Shown piece after piece: positions 1 to 9,172 of a DNA stretch of 64,000 nucleotides. Position 1 is the first letter of the stretch. Every line of letters starts with the position of its first letter. The translations under genes were made by a program, and so were the position numbers. The notes beneath the pieces are model-generated. The model ran no database searches. It was not told where the DNA came from and saw only the letters and a list, made by a program, of their open reading frames with translations. Origin of the DNA: Myxococcales bacterium (GTDB taxonomy: Bacteria; Myxococcota; B64-G9); NCBI GenBank assembly GCA_012798435.1, contig JAAZNF010000028.1, positions 94,946 through 158,945 of the forward strand, in the 5' to 3' direction.

Positions 1-547
1 GGCGGGCCTTGAGCCCCTTATTGGCCTTGCTGGGCTGCACCAGGATGGTGGGCATGCCCACGGCCTCCAGCATGTCGCTCTTGCTCTTCATGATGCCCAT
101 GGCCACCAGGTCGTCCTGGAGTTGCTGTTTGTGCACGTCGGTGATGATGTCCACCTTGATCTCGGTGTCAGACAGGCGCACCTGGGACTTCACGCCCTTG
201 CCCTTGCCATCAGAGGCGCCCGGGGGAGGCAGGTTCACGTAGCGGTCGAGTTGGGCGAAGAGTTTCTGCTGGTTGGTCTGGTAGGCCTGCCGTTCCTCCT
301 GCGTGGCCGAGAGCTGGTTCACGATGAACCACTCCAGGCACCCCTTGCGGGCGTTGTTGATGGCCGCCATCTGATCCGGACCCTTGCCAGAGCATTTCAC
401 CAGAACCGTGTTGGCGTCCACGCTCTCGATGAACTCGCCCGGCAGCAAGACCTCGGGGCCCTGCGGCTGCGGCTGAACCACCACCGTGGTGCAACCAACC
501 GTCCACAAACCGCAAACGACCAGCGCCACCAGTGACATCGTCTTCAT
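1..547 (-). CDS. Lipoprotein, DUF6175/LPP20-cluster type (3' end runs off the window)
   Basis: Not in the ORF track; translated by hand: MKTMSLVALVVCGLWTVGC-TTVVVQPQ...AAINNARKGCLEW...QLQDDLVAMGIMK...GMPTILVQP. Has a lipobox-like Cys and an RBS (AAGGAGGAAGG) before the ATG at 547. The frame stays open to position 1. Confidence 0.7.
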   Translation of the reverse strand, partial: MKTMSLVALVVCGLWTVGCTTVVVQPQPQGPEVLLPGEFIESVDANTVLVKCSGKGPDQMAAINNARKGCLEWFIVNQLSATQEERQAYQTNQQKLFAQLDRYVNLPPPGASDGKGKGVKSQVRLSDTEIKVDIITDVHKQQLQDDLVAMGIMKSKSDMLEAVGMPTILVQPSKANKGLKAR

Positions 548-651
548 GTGCCTTCCTCCTTTGGACACCTTGGGTTTTCCGCCAAGCGGGCCGAATATTC
601 CAGAAGCCGTCAGTGGAGTCAAGCGGAATTCGCCTTCCCCCGAGATTTGGG

Positions 652-681
652 TTGACGCCGGCGTGTCAGCTTGCGTAGTAT
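652..681 (+). promoter_or_regulatory. Putative sigma70 promoter for the lipoprotein operon
   Basis: TTGACG-18 nt-TAGTAT in the divergent intergenic region. Confidence 0.4.
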
Positions 682-733
682 CTCGGCCGTCTTCGGGAAC
701 GGGAGCTTTTCCATGTCGGGCTGCATTGACCGG

Positions 734-1312
734 ATGGCGGGAAAGGATATTCAACTCCGGAGCGGGATCGTTGCGATCCTGGCCCTCCTCATGGGCGTCT
801 TTGGCTGCAAGAAGGAGCCGCCGCAGGAACCCGACGCCCAGGTTCTCCCTCCGCCAGCCGAAACACTCGACGCGGCGACACCGCCGGATGCGGCCGTGCC
901 CGAGGACGCCCTTGCGGAAACAGGCACGGATGGCGGGGAAGAAGCCGACGGAGCTGCGGAGGCCCCGGACGGCGACGGCGAGGCCGGTGACGACACGAGC
1001 GGCGGTTTCTCGGCCATCGGCAAGGCCCCCCGGGGCCATGACATCGGCCTCTCCCGGGACGCCGCCTCCAACCGGGCGCGCAAGGAACTGCTCGAGCTGC
1101 TCCGCAAGAAGGGCGTCGAACTCCCCGGGGGAAAGCTCCCGGAAGGCGTGACCATCGAAAAGTTCTGGGTGAAAGGCAAGTTCGTCTACGCCGAGGCCCG
1201 CTACCGGCCGAATGCGCAAGCGTTGAATCAACCTCCGGCACCACCGTCCAAAAGTGCTGCGGACGGCCCGCCGGACGCAAAGGGTTCGCCCCAGGAGGGA
1301 ACGGGACCATGA
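734..1312 (+). CDS. Lipoprotein with an acidic/Pro-rich linker and an LPP20-like domain
   Basis: Lipobox VFGC, followed by FSAIGKAP...LSRDAASNRARKEL, which resembles the LPP20 helix motif. Start codon uncertain. Overlaps the next gene (ATGA). Confidence 0.6.
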   Translation: MAGKDIQLRSGIVAILALLMGVFGCKKEPPQEPDAQVLPPPAETLDAATPPDAAVPEDALAETGTDGGEEADGAAEAPDGDGEAGDDTSGGFSAIGKAPRGHDIGLSRDAASNRARKELLELLRKKGVELPGGKLPEGVTIEKFWVKGKFVYAEARYRPNAQALNQPPAPPSKSAADGPPDAKGSPQEGTGP

Positions 1313-2520
1313 AAAGAGCTGCCCTGCTGAGCCTGCTTTCGTTGCTGATTCTCGCGCTGGCCTCCCCGGCCATGGCCCAGGAGAAGAAGAAGCTGCGTAT
1401 TGCGGTCGGCGATTTCTTCACCAAGGGTGGAGGGGAGAATGTGTGCCGGGGCTGGCCCTCCAACTACGGCCAGACCGCGGCGGCCTCGCTGCGTTCGCGC
1501 CTCGCCGAAACCGGGGCCTTCACCGTTCTCTCGCGCGAGCAGATCCTCAAGGTCCTCAAGGAGCACGAGATCTCCATGACGGGTCTCGGCGACGCCGAGA
1601 ACGCCAAGGCCACCGGCCAGTTCCTGCAGGCCGATCTCATCGTGGGCGGAGACTTCCTGTGCCAGCCGAACTACTTCGAGTTCAACATCAACTTGGTGGA
1701 CGTGGAAAAGGCGGAGATCGTCTGGGCCAAGGTGTACGAGATGAAGGACGTCTCCAAGATGAACGTCACCCTGAAGAACATCGCCAAGCTCATGGCCGAC
1801 TACGCCAAGACTGGCTCCATGGGCAAGTCCGCCGGCGAGACCGAGGATCTGGCCATGATCGACACCAAGATCATGACCGCGGCCGCGGAAGCCGTCATCG
1901 AGACCATCCAGCAGGCCCTGCCTCGGGTGGCGGGCGTTATCGACGATGTCAACGTCTACGCCGAGGGAAAGGCCCCCATCAAGGTCAAGATATCCGCTGG
2001 TGGCAACCAGTGGTGGCCCGGCTTCAAGCTCCAGGTGAAGAACGGCGAGGACGAGGTCGGCTGGATCGTGCTGAAGAAAAAGGCCGGCAGCTTCGTCGAG
2101 GCCGATGCAGATGGAGAGGCCGAAGTGTCATCCTTTGAGAAGGGACTCAAGGCCTCCAGCGAGGAATACAAACCCAAGGTGGCCATCGGGTACATCAAGG
2201 ACATGGACGAGGCCAACGAAAAATTAGTGGAGTTCTTCAAGGAAGGGCTCATCAAGGCCATGAAGGAAGCCGAGAAATTCGAGCCCGTGGATGACTCCTC
2301 GGTCGAAAAGATCCTGGACAAGATGGGCGAGAAGACCAACAAGAAAGAGCTTGAAAAGCTCTTCAAAAAGGGAGTAGATATTCTCCTCACGGGTCGCTTT
2401 GTCGGGCCCAAGGGAGAGCGTCGGATCGACTTCGAGGCGCTCAGCACGTTCGACGGCAAGGCCGTGTTCAAGATCCGGTGGGATAGTGGCCGGATTTTCG
2501 GTAAGGGAAATGGTTTGTAA
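1309..2520 (+). CDS. Secreted CsgG/HfaB/FlgO-like protein
   Basis: Signal peptide (PAMA|Q). RIAVGDF...RLAETGAFTVLSREQILKVLKE...GQFLQADLIVGG is a CsgG/TolB-N-like fold signature. A second similar domain appears near the C-terminus. Confidence 0.75.
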   Translation: MKRAALLSLLSLLILALASPAMAQEKKKLRIAVGDFFTKGGGENVCRGWPSNYGQTAAASLRSRLAETGAFTVLSREQILKVLKEHEISMTGLGDAENAKATGQFLQADLIVGGDFLCQPNYFEFNINLVDVEKAEIVWAKVYEMKDVSKMNVTLKNIAKLMADYAKTGSMGKSAGETEDLAMIDTKIMTAAAEAVIETIQQALPRVAGVIDDVNVYAEGKAPIKVKISAGGNQWWPGFKLQVKNGEDEVGWIVLKKKAGSFVEADADGEAEVSSFEKGLKASSEEYKPKVAIGYIKDMDEANEKLVEFFKEGLIKAMKEAEKFEPVDDSSVEKILDKMGEKTNKKELEKLFKKGVDILLTGRFVGPKGERRIDFEALSTFDGKAVFKIRWDSGRIFGKGNGL

Positions 2521-2562
2521 CAAGAAGGGTCGCAATCACCTTCACAAACAAGGAGGAAGGAA

Positions 2563-3153
2563 ATGAAGAACCTGGCGATCATTCTCTCGGTGATGGTGCT
2601 GTTCGCGGCGGTCGGCGTGGTCGGCTGCGGCGGCGGCGGCGGGCAGAACGAGCTCATGCAGACGACGTCCAGCGGCGCCCCGGCGTGGGTGACCAAGGGC
2701 AGCGGCGCCTTCACCGGCGACCGCGGCAAGGCCTTCTACGGCGTCGGCTCGGCCCCCAAGATGGTGGACGTGGCCATGCAGCGCGACCGGGCCAACAACC
2801 GCGCCCGCCGCGCCATCCTGCAGATCTTCAACAACTACATCGCCTACATGATGAAGGACTACGCCCGCAGCACCACCGCCGGCGACATGAGCAAGGAGTC
2901 CTACGAGGCGGACGTGCTCACCGTCCAGAAGACCGTGAGCATCGGCGACGTGAACGGCGCCCAGATCGTCGACAGCTGGAAGGATCCGGCGGACGGCACC
3001 GTGTACTCGCTGGCGGTCCTCGACCTGGCCGCCGTGGCCGACGTGCTGGCCAACAAGGGCGAGCTGGATGCCAAGCTCCGTGACTACGTGCGCGCCAACG
3101 CTGCCAAGGCCTTCGACGACCTGGAGAAGGAAGAAGCCAAGGCCGGCCACTAG
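2563..3153 (+). CDS. LPP20 family lipoprotein
   Basis: Lipobox VVGC, APAWV, FYGVGSA, RDRANNRARRAI, DGTVYSLAVLD; strong RBS AAGGAGG. Confidence 0.85.
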   Translation: MKNLAIILSVMVLFAAVGVVGCGGGGGQNELMQTTSSGAPAWVTKGSGAFTGDRGKAFYGVGSAPKMVDVAMQRDRANNRARRAILQIFNNYIAYMMKDYARSTTAGDMSKESYEADVLTVQKTVSIGDVNGAQIVDSWKDPADGTVYSLAVLDLAAVADVLANKGELDAKLRDYVRANAAKAFDDLEKEEAKAGH

Positions 3154-3184
3154 TCGGCGGTTCTGCGACACGGCAGAATGCGTG

Positions 3185-3221
3185 AAGGGCCGGAGCCGTG
3201 CAGGTTCCGGCCCTTTTTTTC
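3185..3221 (+). terminator. Rho-independent terminator
   Basis: GGGCCGGAGCC-gtgca-GGTTCCGGCCC followed by T7. Confidence 0.8.
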
Positions 3222-3362
3222 TTGTGACGGCCGACGGCTTGGACCATGTTCGAGCCGGGTAAGAGAAATGGACTGGAAGGCCGCTTTGTTTTTTGGTACA
3301 CCGTCGTGCTCGTGAATCCAGCGGGCCGCGGTCGGACACGGTATCGGACTTGGAGGCTTTTC

Positions 3363-4049
3363 ATGCAGCGCGCGACAGCTTATTTCCTGGGTTGTGCGGG
3401 GATCATGCTCCTTTCTGGCTGCGGAGGGACGCGTGCCCGGCTCGAACCTCCCGAAAAACCTCCCGCCTGGGTGGACAAGCTTCCGCAACACACTGGCAAG
3501 CTGTGTGCCCTCGGCTACTCGGGTCCGACCTTCTACCAGACCGATTGTCTCAAGAACGCCGCGGACAACGCTCGCGGGCACCTCTCCCAGGCCATCTCGG
3601 TGAAGATCCGGACCATCACCATCGACATCTCCGACGGTACCCGTGGCTCCTACGACATGGACGTGATGGTGGAGGGCTCCGAAAGCGCTTCCGATACTGT
3701 CTTGAACGGCTCCGAGGTCGAGTCTCAATGGCTGGACCGCTTCGGCCAGCGCGGGCCGGACAACGGCTGCTACTCGCTGGTGTGCATCGATCCCTCCAAG
3801 CCCATCCAGAGCCTGGTGGATAAGCTGGAGGAAAAGAAGATTCCCCCAAAAACCGTAGAAAAGGTGCGTCAGAACGCCGAGGCGGCTTTCGAGGAACTCG
3901 AGAAGGAAGAGGCCAAAGTTCGCTCGGCACCGCCGCCCAAGCCCGCGCCGCCCCCCGAGAAGCCCGCTCCATCCGCCGAGCCGGCGCCCTCGCCCGCTCC
4001 ATCGGCCCCCTCACCGGATTCGCCTGAGAACCCACCCAGCAATACCTGA
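3363..4049 (+). CDS. LPP20 family lipoprotein with a Pro-rich tail
   Basis: Lipobox LSGC, PPAWV, ALGYSG, AADNARGHLSQAISVKI. Its VRQNAEAAFEELEKEE segment is paralogous to the end of 2563-3153. RBS GGAGG. Confidence 0.75.
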   Translation: MQRATAYFLGCAGIMLLSGCGGTRARLEPPEKPPAWVDKLPQHTGKLCALGYSGPTFYQTDCLKNAADNARGHLSQAISVKIRTITIDISDGTRGSYDMDVMVEGSESASDTVLNGSEVESQWLDRFGQRGPDNGCYSLVCIDPSKPIQSLVDKLEEKKIPPKTVEKVRQNAEAAFEELEKEEAKVRSAPPPKPAPPPEKPAPSAEPAPSPAPSAPSPDSPENPPSNT

Positions 4050-4159
4050 CCGGTGACGGCATCCATTCCGGGTTCAGGATTCAACGGGCCATTACCTTTC
4101 CCTATTCGCAGGTTTTCTTCAGGCTTTCGACCGCTATCGGCGCTACTTGCGGGAGCGCC

Positions 4160-4579
4160 TCAACCCGCGATATCCAGGCTGGAGAAGAAGTAGGCGATTT
4201 CAGTGCGTGCGGTGTCGGGCCCGTCCGAGCCGTGGGCGGCGTTGTGCTGTACGCTCTCGGCGTAGAGCTTGCGGATGGTGTTCGGCGCGGCCTTGGCGGG
4301 ATCGGTGGCGCCGAGCACTTCGCGGTGCCGCTGGATGGCGTTCTCGCCCTCGAGCACCGAGACGACGACCGGCCCGCTCGACATGAACTCCACCAGCCCC
4401 TCGAAGAATGGCTTGCCACGGTGGACGGCGTAGAAGCCCTCCGCCTGGGAGCGGCTGAGGCGCAACATGCGCATGGCCACGGGGCGAAGGCCCTCTTTTT
4501 CGAACCTGCCCAGGATGGCCCCGATGAGACCTTTCTTCACGGCATCGGGCTTCACGATCGACAGCGTGCGTTCCAGCAT
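4160..4579 (-). CDS. ndk: Nucleoside diphosphate kinase
   Basis: [30 protein letters not shown] (active-site His). Confidence 0.97.
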   Translation of the reverse strand: MLERTLSIVKPDAVKKGLIGAILGRFEKEGLRPVAMRMLRLSRSQAEGFYAVHRGKPFFEGLVEFMSSGPVVVSVLEGENAIQRHREVLGATDPAKAAPNTIRKLYAESVQHNAAHGSDGPDTARTEIAYFFSSLDIAG

Positions 4580-4622
4580 CCGTTCCTCCTCTGGTTGAAC
4601 CCGCCCGCGTTCCGGGTATGCG

Positions 4623-6482
4623 CTATTTGGGCAGAATCTGGAGCAGATACTCCCTATCGGCGGGGCAGAACACCGCCGGTCCCTGCCCGTCGATCTCGAC
4701 GCGCTCTTCGAAGGGACGATCCGAACCGCCGTCCATGAGCTGGTTGGGCCCCGGCAAGGAGTGGAAGAAATCCGGCGGGCCCGCCGCGAGACCCAAGGTG
4801 TGGCCGATCTCGTGGGAGATGGTGTTGCCGATCATGTTGCCCAACGAGCGCACCGCCAGTTCGATGGCGGCGGCCCTGCTCCCGCCGGGGTACTCTCCAG
4901 CCTCTACCGGTGTACCGTCCAGCATGGGCGCAAACGGGCCGAAGATGTCGTCGAAGCGCGGCGAGGCGATGGACATGGGTTTGTCGGCATGCGGGGAGAA
5001 GGCCAAAAACGAGTCCACGAACACCCCGCCAAAGGCATAGTGGCCGCTCTCGCGGGAGTCGGCGTTGTTGCCTCCCACGATGTCGTCGAAGTAGATGTTG
5101 CCGATGTCCTTGCCCATGGTGGCGTCGAGCCCCATCAGGCCCTGGTGATTGGGATCCTCGCCGCCGACCTCGATCACGCTGTACTCGGCGAAATCCGCCG
5201 GCCGCTGGATCACGAATTCCACCGAGTAGTCCGCGTAGTCGCGCCGGACCACTTCCAGGATGCGCGCGCGGACGGCGCTTTCCATGTTTCGCAGGCCGAA
5301 CAGGCGCATGGCATCCGTGAACCCCGGCAGGTAGCTGATGTACACGACCTGCTTCTGCGGCAACACGTCGAAGCGGGCCTCCCCGGGAAGCGGCACCCCG
5401 ACCTGCACCTCGGCGCCCAGCGTCACCCTCGGGGTGGCCGTTCCCCGCAGGATTCCGGGCACCGCGCCCAGGCCCTGGACGCCGCCCTGGCCGTCGGACT
5501 GCACTCGCAACACGTAGCGCATGTGATCGCCACTCACGATCTGCGGCGCGATCTCCAGGGCGTTCGGACCCGTAAGGTCGGTGACCTGCCCCGTGGTTCG
5601 CGTGAAAGTCCCTTCCACTCGGATGGTGGTGCGGGCGCCCCCGGCCACGAACCCTCGTCCGTAGAAATGGATGTATTGTCCCCGCGAGGCGGCCGCGGGC
5701 TCCATCCGTAACAGGGCGGTGGGACCGATCTCAAAGTTGACCGACAGGGTGTTGCCCGGGATCTCGCTCTTGTCCTCCATGACGTTGACCGGCCGGATTT
5801 GTCCCTCGAAGCGGCCGGGGTGGATGCCGAGCGCTTCGGCGGGAAGCGGCCCGCGCAAGGCATCCCTGCGGAGATACCCGAGCACCAGCGGTGCCGACTC
5901 GACCGTTTGCGAACCACCGGTGTCGGGCAAAAAAGTACCCGAGAGCCTGAGTTCCGTCTGCCCCTCTCCCTCGAGGAGGAAACCGTCACCCGTGACGTCG
6001 ATCTCGCTGCCCAGGTACACCAGACCGCCGCCGGCGGAGAACGCGTCCAGGCGCGGGACGAGGCTCTCCTGCAAGGTCAGGCGAAGCCCGATCTCCGACT
6101 TCTGGCTCAGCCCGGCGCCGTAGTCGCAGCGCACCCGCAGGACCCCGTTGAAATCTCCCGGTCCACCCAGTTGAGAAAAGAAGGTCCGGTCGATGCGCAG
6201 GCGCAACTCCACATCCGAGAGCCGTTCGGGTTTCCGGATCCAGGGCGCCTCCCCTGCCCGCTCGATCTCCACCAGGAGGCTGCCCGTGTTCTCGTCCACG
6301 AACCCCCGGCCATAGATGCGCAACCATGTGCCCGGTAAAACGAGCGCGGGGCCGGCGCTCTCCACCACCAGCTCCGGCAGTCCCGCGTCAGGAAGTTGAG
6401 ATGGCGTACTGGTGCACCCGGTCGCGAGAACGGCCACCGCAAACCAATTGATACGATCCCTGAAAAACCAACGGAGGATCAT
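4623..6482 (-). CDS. Lipoprotein with IPT/TIG-like repeats and a C-terminal zinc metallopeptidase domain
   Basis: Lipobox ATGC, repeated GxGF beta motifs, HEIGHTLGL zinc motif, LMDGG Met-turn-like motif. Confidence 0.7.
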   Translation of the reverse strand: MILRWFFRDRINWFAVAVLATGCTSTPSQLPDAGLPELVVESAGPALVLPGTWLRIYGRGFVDENTGSLLVEIERAGEAPWIRKPERLSDVELRLRIDRTFFSQLGGPGDFNGVLRVRCDYGAGLSQKSEIGLRLTLQESLVPRLDAFSAGGGLVYLGSEIDVTGDGFLLEGEGQTELRLSGTFLPDTGGSQTVESAPLVLGYLRRDALRGPLPAEALGIHPGRFEGQIRPVNVMEDKSEIPGNTLSVNFEIGPTALLRMEPAAASRGQYIHFYGRGFVAGGARTTIRVEGTFTRTTGQVTDLTGPNALEIAPQIVSGDHMRYVLRVQSDGQGGVQGLGAVPGILRGTATPRVTLGAEVQVGVPLPGEARFDVLPQKQVVYISYLPGFTDAMRLFGLRNMESAVRARILEVVRRDYADYSVEFVIQRPADFAEYSVIEVGGEDPNHQGLMGLDATMGKDIGNIYFDDIVGGNNADSRESGHYAFGGVFVDSFLAFSPHADKPMSIASPRFDDIFGPFAPMLDGTPVEAGEYPGGSRAAAIELAVRSLGNMIGNTISHEIGHTLGLAAGPPDFFHSLPGPNQLMDGGSDRPFEERVEIDGQGPAVFCPADREYLLQILPK

Positions 6483-8641
6483 TGCACTCCCACCGTCAGA
6501 TCATAGGTGTTGGTGGCGCCGTTGTACCCGTAGATTCGGAAATAATAATAACCCTCGCTGGTCGCACGCCAGCTCACGTGCTCGGTATTTTCCACTCCCT
6601 GCGAGGCCGCCAGCTGGTGTCCGGTGAGATCGCTGGGGGTCACGCCCGGGTCGTAGAGCTTGAGATCGAGATCGCCCGAGCTGCTGGTGAACGCGATGGT
6701 CACGTCCAGGGTCTGGTTGGGATAGAGATACACCCGGAACCAGTCCTCGTTGTTGGGACACAGCTTGAGGCCCGAGCGGGAGCCGGCCGTCAGCGTCTTG
6801 GCGTCACCAGGCGAGTCGTTGGGCTCCTGGTTGTCGTCCGGGCAGGAGGAGCTCGGCGTGACCACGATGGTCATGTCGTAGGTATTGCGTGCGCCCTCAT
6901 AAGGCACGACCACGATGAAGTAGATGCCGTCCGCCGGAATGCGGCTCACGGTGACCAGCTCGCCGTCGTTCTCCGTCACGCTACAGGCGAGCGCCACCTG
7001 GCAGGTGAGCTGCGGTGCGGAGAGCGCATCCTCGGAGAAGATGGCCAGGTCGAGATCGCCCGCGGCGTTGACGAAATCGAGCAGCACCTCGAGTTTGTCC
7101 CCGGCGTGAAGATCGATCATGTACCAGTCCGGGTCACCGCAGCAGGTGAGGTTGTCGTAGACGTTCTCCGCTACCACCGCAGAGTCGTTGGGGTTGTCGT
7201 TCGATTCGAACTGATCGTCGGCGCAGGGCGCGTCGTGCCACAGCAGCATCTGGTAGTGGTTGGTGACGGAGGCGGTCGCCCCCTGGACCCTCAGCGTGAA
7301 GCTCCGGGCGGAGGGCGAGTCGGCGACACCAAGGCCCAGGATGTTGGGATCGTTCTGCACCGGGCCGGCGCTCCCGACCAGGGTCGTGCCATCCTCTTGA
7401 AACACATCCAGCGCGAGCACCCCGTTGGCGGACTCGAAGGCGATCACGGCGTAGAACTCCCGGCCGGCGGGAACGCTCACCACGTACCAGTCCACGTTGC
7501 CGGGGCAGATGGTCAGGTCCTTCTGGTAGCACTCGAAATTCTGATCGAAGTCCAGCGACATGGCCTCGTCGGAAAGATCGTCCGGCTCCAGCGGATCGTC
7601 CTGGCACCCCGTGTCGCCAGCGGCGTACGCCGTGAACGAGTATCGCCCCTCGGCTGGCACACAGGCGCGCTGGTTGCACTCGGCCTGCCCTCCCGCTCCG
7701 TCTTGATCCACCGCGCACACGCTGTAGGCGATCTTCACCGTCTCACCGCTCGCAAGCTTCGGGTTGGGGATGGCGCCGCTCCAGGCGTTGCCGCCCTGGG
7801 CATCCAGGTTCTTCTTCTGGAACTCGCCGCCGCCGACCGCCCAGTACAGCGCCACGCCACCGATGGAAGACTCGGCGTCGGTCACCGTGACCGTGACCGG
7901 GTAGTCGCCGCTGCCTCGCTGGTCGGCCAGCGCCTGGTGCGTGATGACCGGCGGGGTGCCGTCGCACTTCTGGGCCCCGCCCTTGAGCAGGATGGTGATG
8001 TCCTGGAACACCTCGGGATTCCTGCCGTCGTCGGCACCGACCCTGAACCCCCACACCGGTCGCTCGGCGATCTGGGCTTCCGACGGAGTCCAGGAGAAGG
8101 TGGCTTTCTTGTCGCCAGGAAGGGTGGAGAACTCCCCGCCGGGAATGCCCTGCACCAGGCGCAAGGTCACCTGCGCCGAGTCCGGATCGCGCACCTCGAT
8201 GTGACACTCGATGCGCTGAGAACGATCGAGGTCCAGCGTGAAGTCGGCCGGGGAGATGAACACCGGCGCGCCGACACCTGCTCCGCCCAGGGTGACGGTG
8301 ATGATGATCGATTCGGTGTCCACGTCGATGCCGTCGGTGACCTTGAACGTCACCGGGTAGTCCTTGCCGCGGCCATCCGGCCCGGCATCGGAGGCGATCG
8401 GCGACCACTGGAAGTGGGCGGTGGTGTCGTTGACCTGGGTGAAAACCGCAGCCGCGGGCTTCCCTTCAATTCCGAATTCCAGCGGATCGCCATCCCCGTC
8501 GGCCGCCAGCACGTCGAACTCGAGTGTCTTCCCGGTCTCCACGCTCTTGTTGGGGATCGGAAACAGGCTGGGCGCCTGGTTGGAGCAAGCCGCGAGCAGT
8601 ACCACCGACCAAGCCGCCATGAAGAATGACGCCGCGCGCAT
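6479..8641 (-). CDS. Lipoprotein with cadherin/Ig-like and repeated PPC (pre-peptidase C-terminal)-like domains
   Basis: Lipobox LAAC; DxDGD Ig repeats; three D(D)xxEP/SND...DW(Y/F) units, two with GDLDL; RBS GGGAGG before the ATG at 8641. Confidence 0.75.
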   Translation of the reverse strand: MRAASFFMAAWSVVLLAACSNQAPSLFPIPNKSVETGKTLEFDVLAADGDGDPLEFGIEGKPAAAVFTQVNDTTAHFQWSPIASDAGPDGRGKDYPVTFKVTDGIDVDTESIIITVTLGGAGVGAPVFISPADFTLDLDRSQRIECHIEVRDPDSAQVTLRLVQGIPGGEFSTLPGDKKATFSWTPSEAQIAERPVWGFRVGADDGRNPEVFQDITILLKGGAQKCDGTPPVITHQALADQRGSGDYPVTVTVTDAESSIGGVALYWAVGGGEFQKKNLDAQGGNAWSGAIPNPKLASGETVKIAYSVCAVDQDGAGGQAECNQRACVPAEGRYSFTAYAAGDTGCQDDPLEPDDLSDEAMSLDFDQNFECYQKDLTICPGNVDWYVVSVPAGREFYAVIAFESANGVLALDVFQEDGTTLVGSAGPVQNDPNILGLGVADSPSARSFTLRVQGATASVTNHYQMLLWHDAPCADDQFESNDNPNDSAVVAENVYDNLTCCGDPDWYMIDLHAGDKLEVLLDFVNAAGDLDLAIFSEDALSAPQLTCQVALACSVTENDGELVTVSRIPADGIYFIVVVPYEGARNTYDMTIVVTPSSSCPDDNQEPNDSPGDAKTLTAGSRSGLKLCPNNEDWFRVYLYPNQTLDVTIAFTSSSGDLDLKLYDPGVTPSDLTGHQLAASQGVENTEHVSWRATSEGYYYFRIYGYNGATNTYDLTVGVQ

Positions 8642-8723
8642 GAAATACCTCCCATCGGCCATCGAGGGCCATTCTGCCCGCAAAGGGAGGTTGGGTCAAC
8701 GCGAAATGGCGGAAATGGACGAA

Positions 8724-8918
8724 TCAGTCCGTCGGGCGGTCCAGCCCGAGGAAGAACCCGATCACCGCGAACATTGGCACCGCGACCGCGGGCTGGCACA
8801 GCATGGGTCAACCGCCGCCGGCCGCACCCAGGCCGAAACTCACCACGGCGCCGATGCCTGCCAGCAGTGCGGAGAACCCCAGCGCGCGTCGGAGCCGCCC
8901 CCAGCCTTCACCCTTCAT
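8724..8918 (-). CDS. Candidate small two-TM selenoprotein (64 aa; U37, motif GGG-U-PML-C)
   Basis: RBS GGAGGAG; ATG overlaps the upstream stop. An in-frame TGA at 8808-8810 is followed by an open hydrophobic segment PMLCQPAVAVPMFAVIGFFLGLDRPTD*. Hairpin GCCCGC-GGUC-GCGG(U)GC begins 14 nt after the UGA. Confidence 0.7.
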
Positions 8919-9091
8919 CGCTCCTCCGGCTTCTTGGCGGCTTTCGGGAGCTTGCAAGCGCCCTGGTCCTGGTCCGACCCACCGGGCCGGCACGCGGAGG
9001 ACATTCAGGTGGGCACCCCGAGCCTGGGCAAAATCACCGCCTGGAGCAGGATCCAGGCAACGACGAACAAGAGCAGCCATAGAAGGTCCAT
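8915..9091 (-). CDS. Candidate small one-TM selenoprotein (58 aa; U29, motif LPRLGVPT-U-MSSA-C)
   Basis: RBS AAGGAGGAG; MDLLWLLLFVVAWILLQAVILPRLGVPT, then TGA (9005-9007), then MSSACRPGGSDQDQGACKLPKAAKKPEER*. Hairpin CCGGCCC-GGU-GGGUCGG begins 14 nt after the UGA. The read-through stop overlaps the next ATG. Confidence 0.72.
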
Positions 9092-9109
9092 CGCTCCTCC
9101 TTCTTCACC

Positions 9110-9138
9110 AATGTAAATGGCCTTTCGCGGAATATCAA
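9110..9138 (-). promoter_or_regulatory. Putative sigma70 promoter of the small-protein pair
   Basis: TTGATA-17 nt-TACATT on the minus strand, just upstream of the RBS. Confidence 0.55.
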
Positions 9139-9172
9139 GACAATAATCATCCTTTCATTTTTCTGGGCCACC

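Noticed and set aside
8915-9004. A separate 29-aa peptide starting at the ATG right after ORF1's TGA
   Set aside because: There is no RBS in front of it. Read-through explains the hairpin and the U/C motif better, although re-initiation cannot be fully excluded.
8808-9080. ORF-track 90-aa protein MAALVRR...
   Set aside because: Its 5' part has no RBS and overlaps the better-supported ORF1 in another frame. The real start is 8918.
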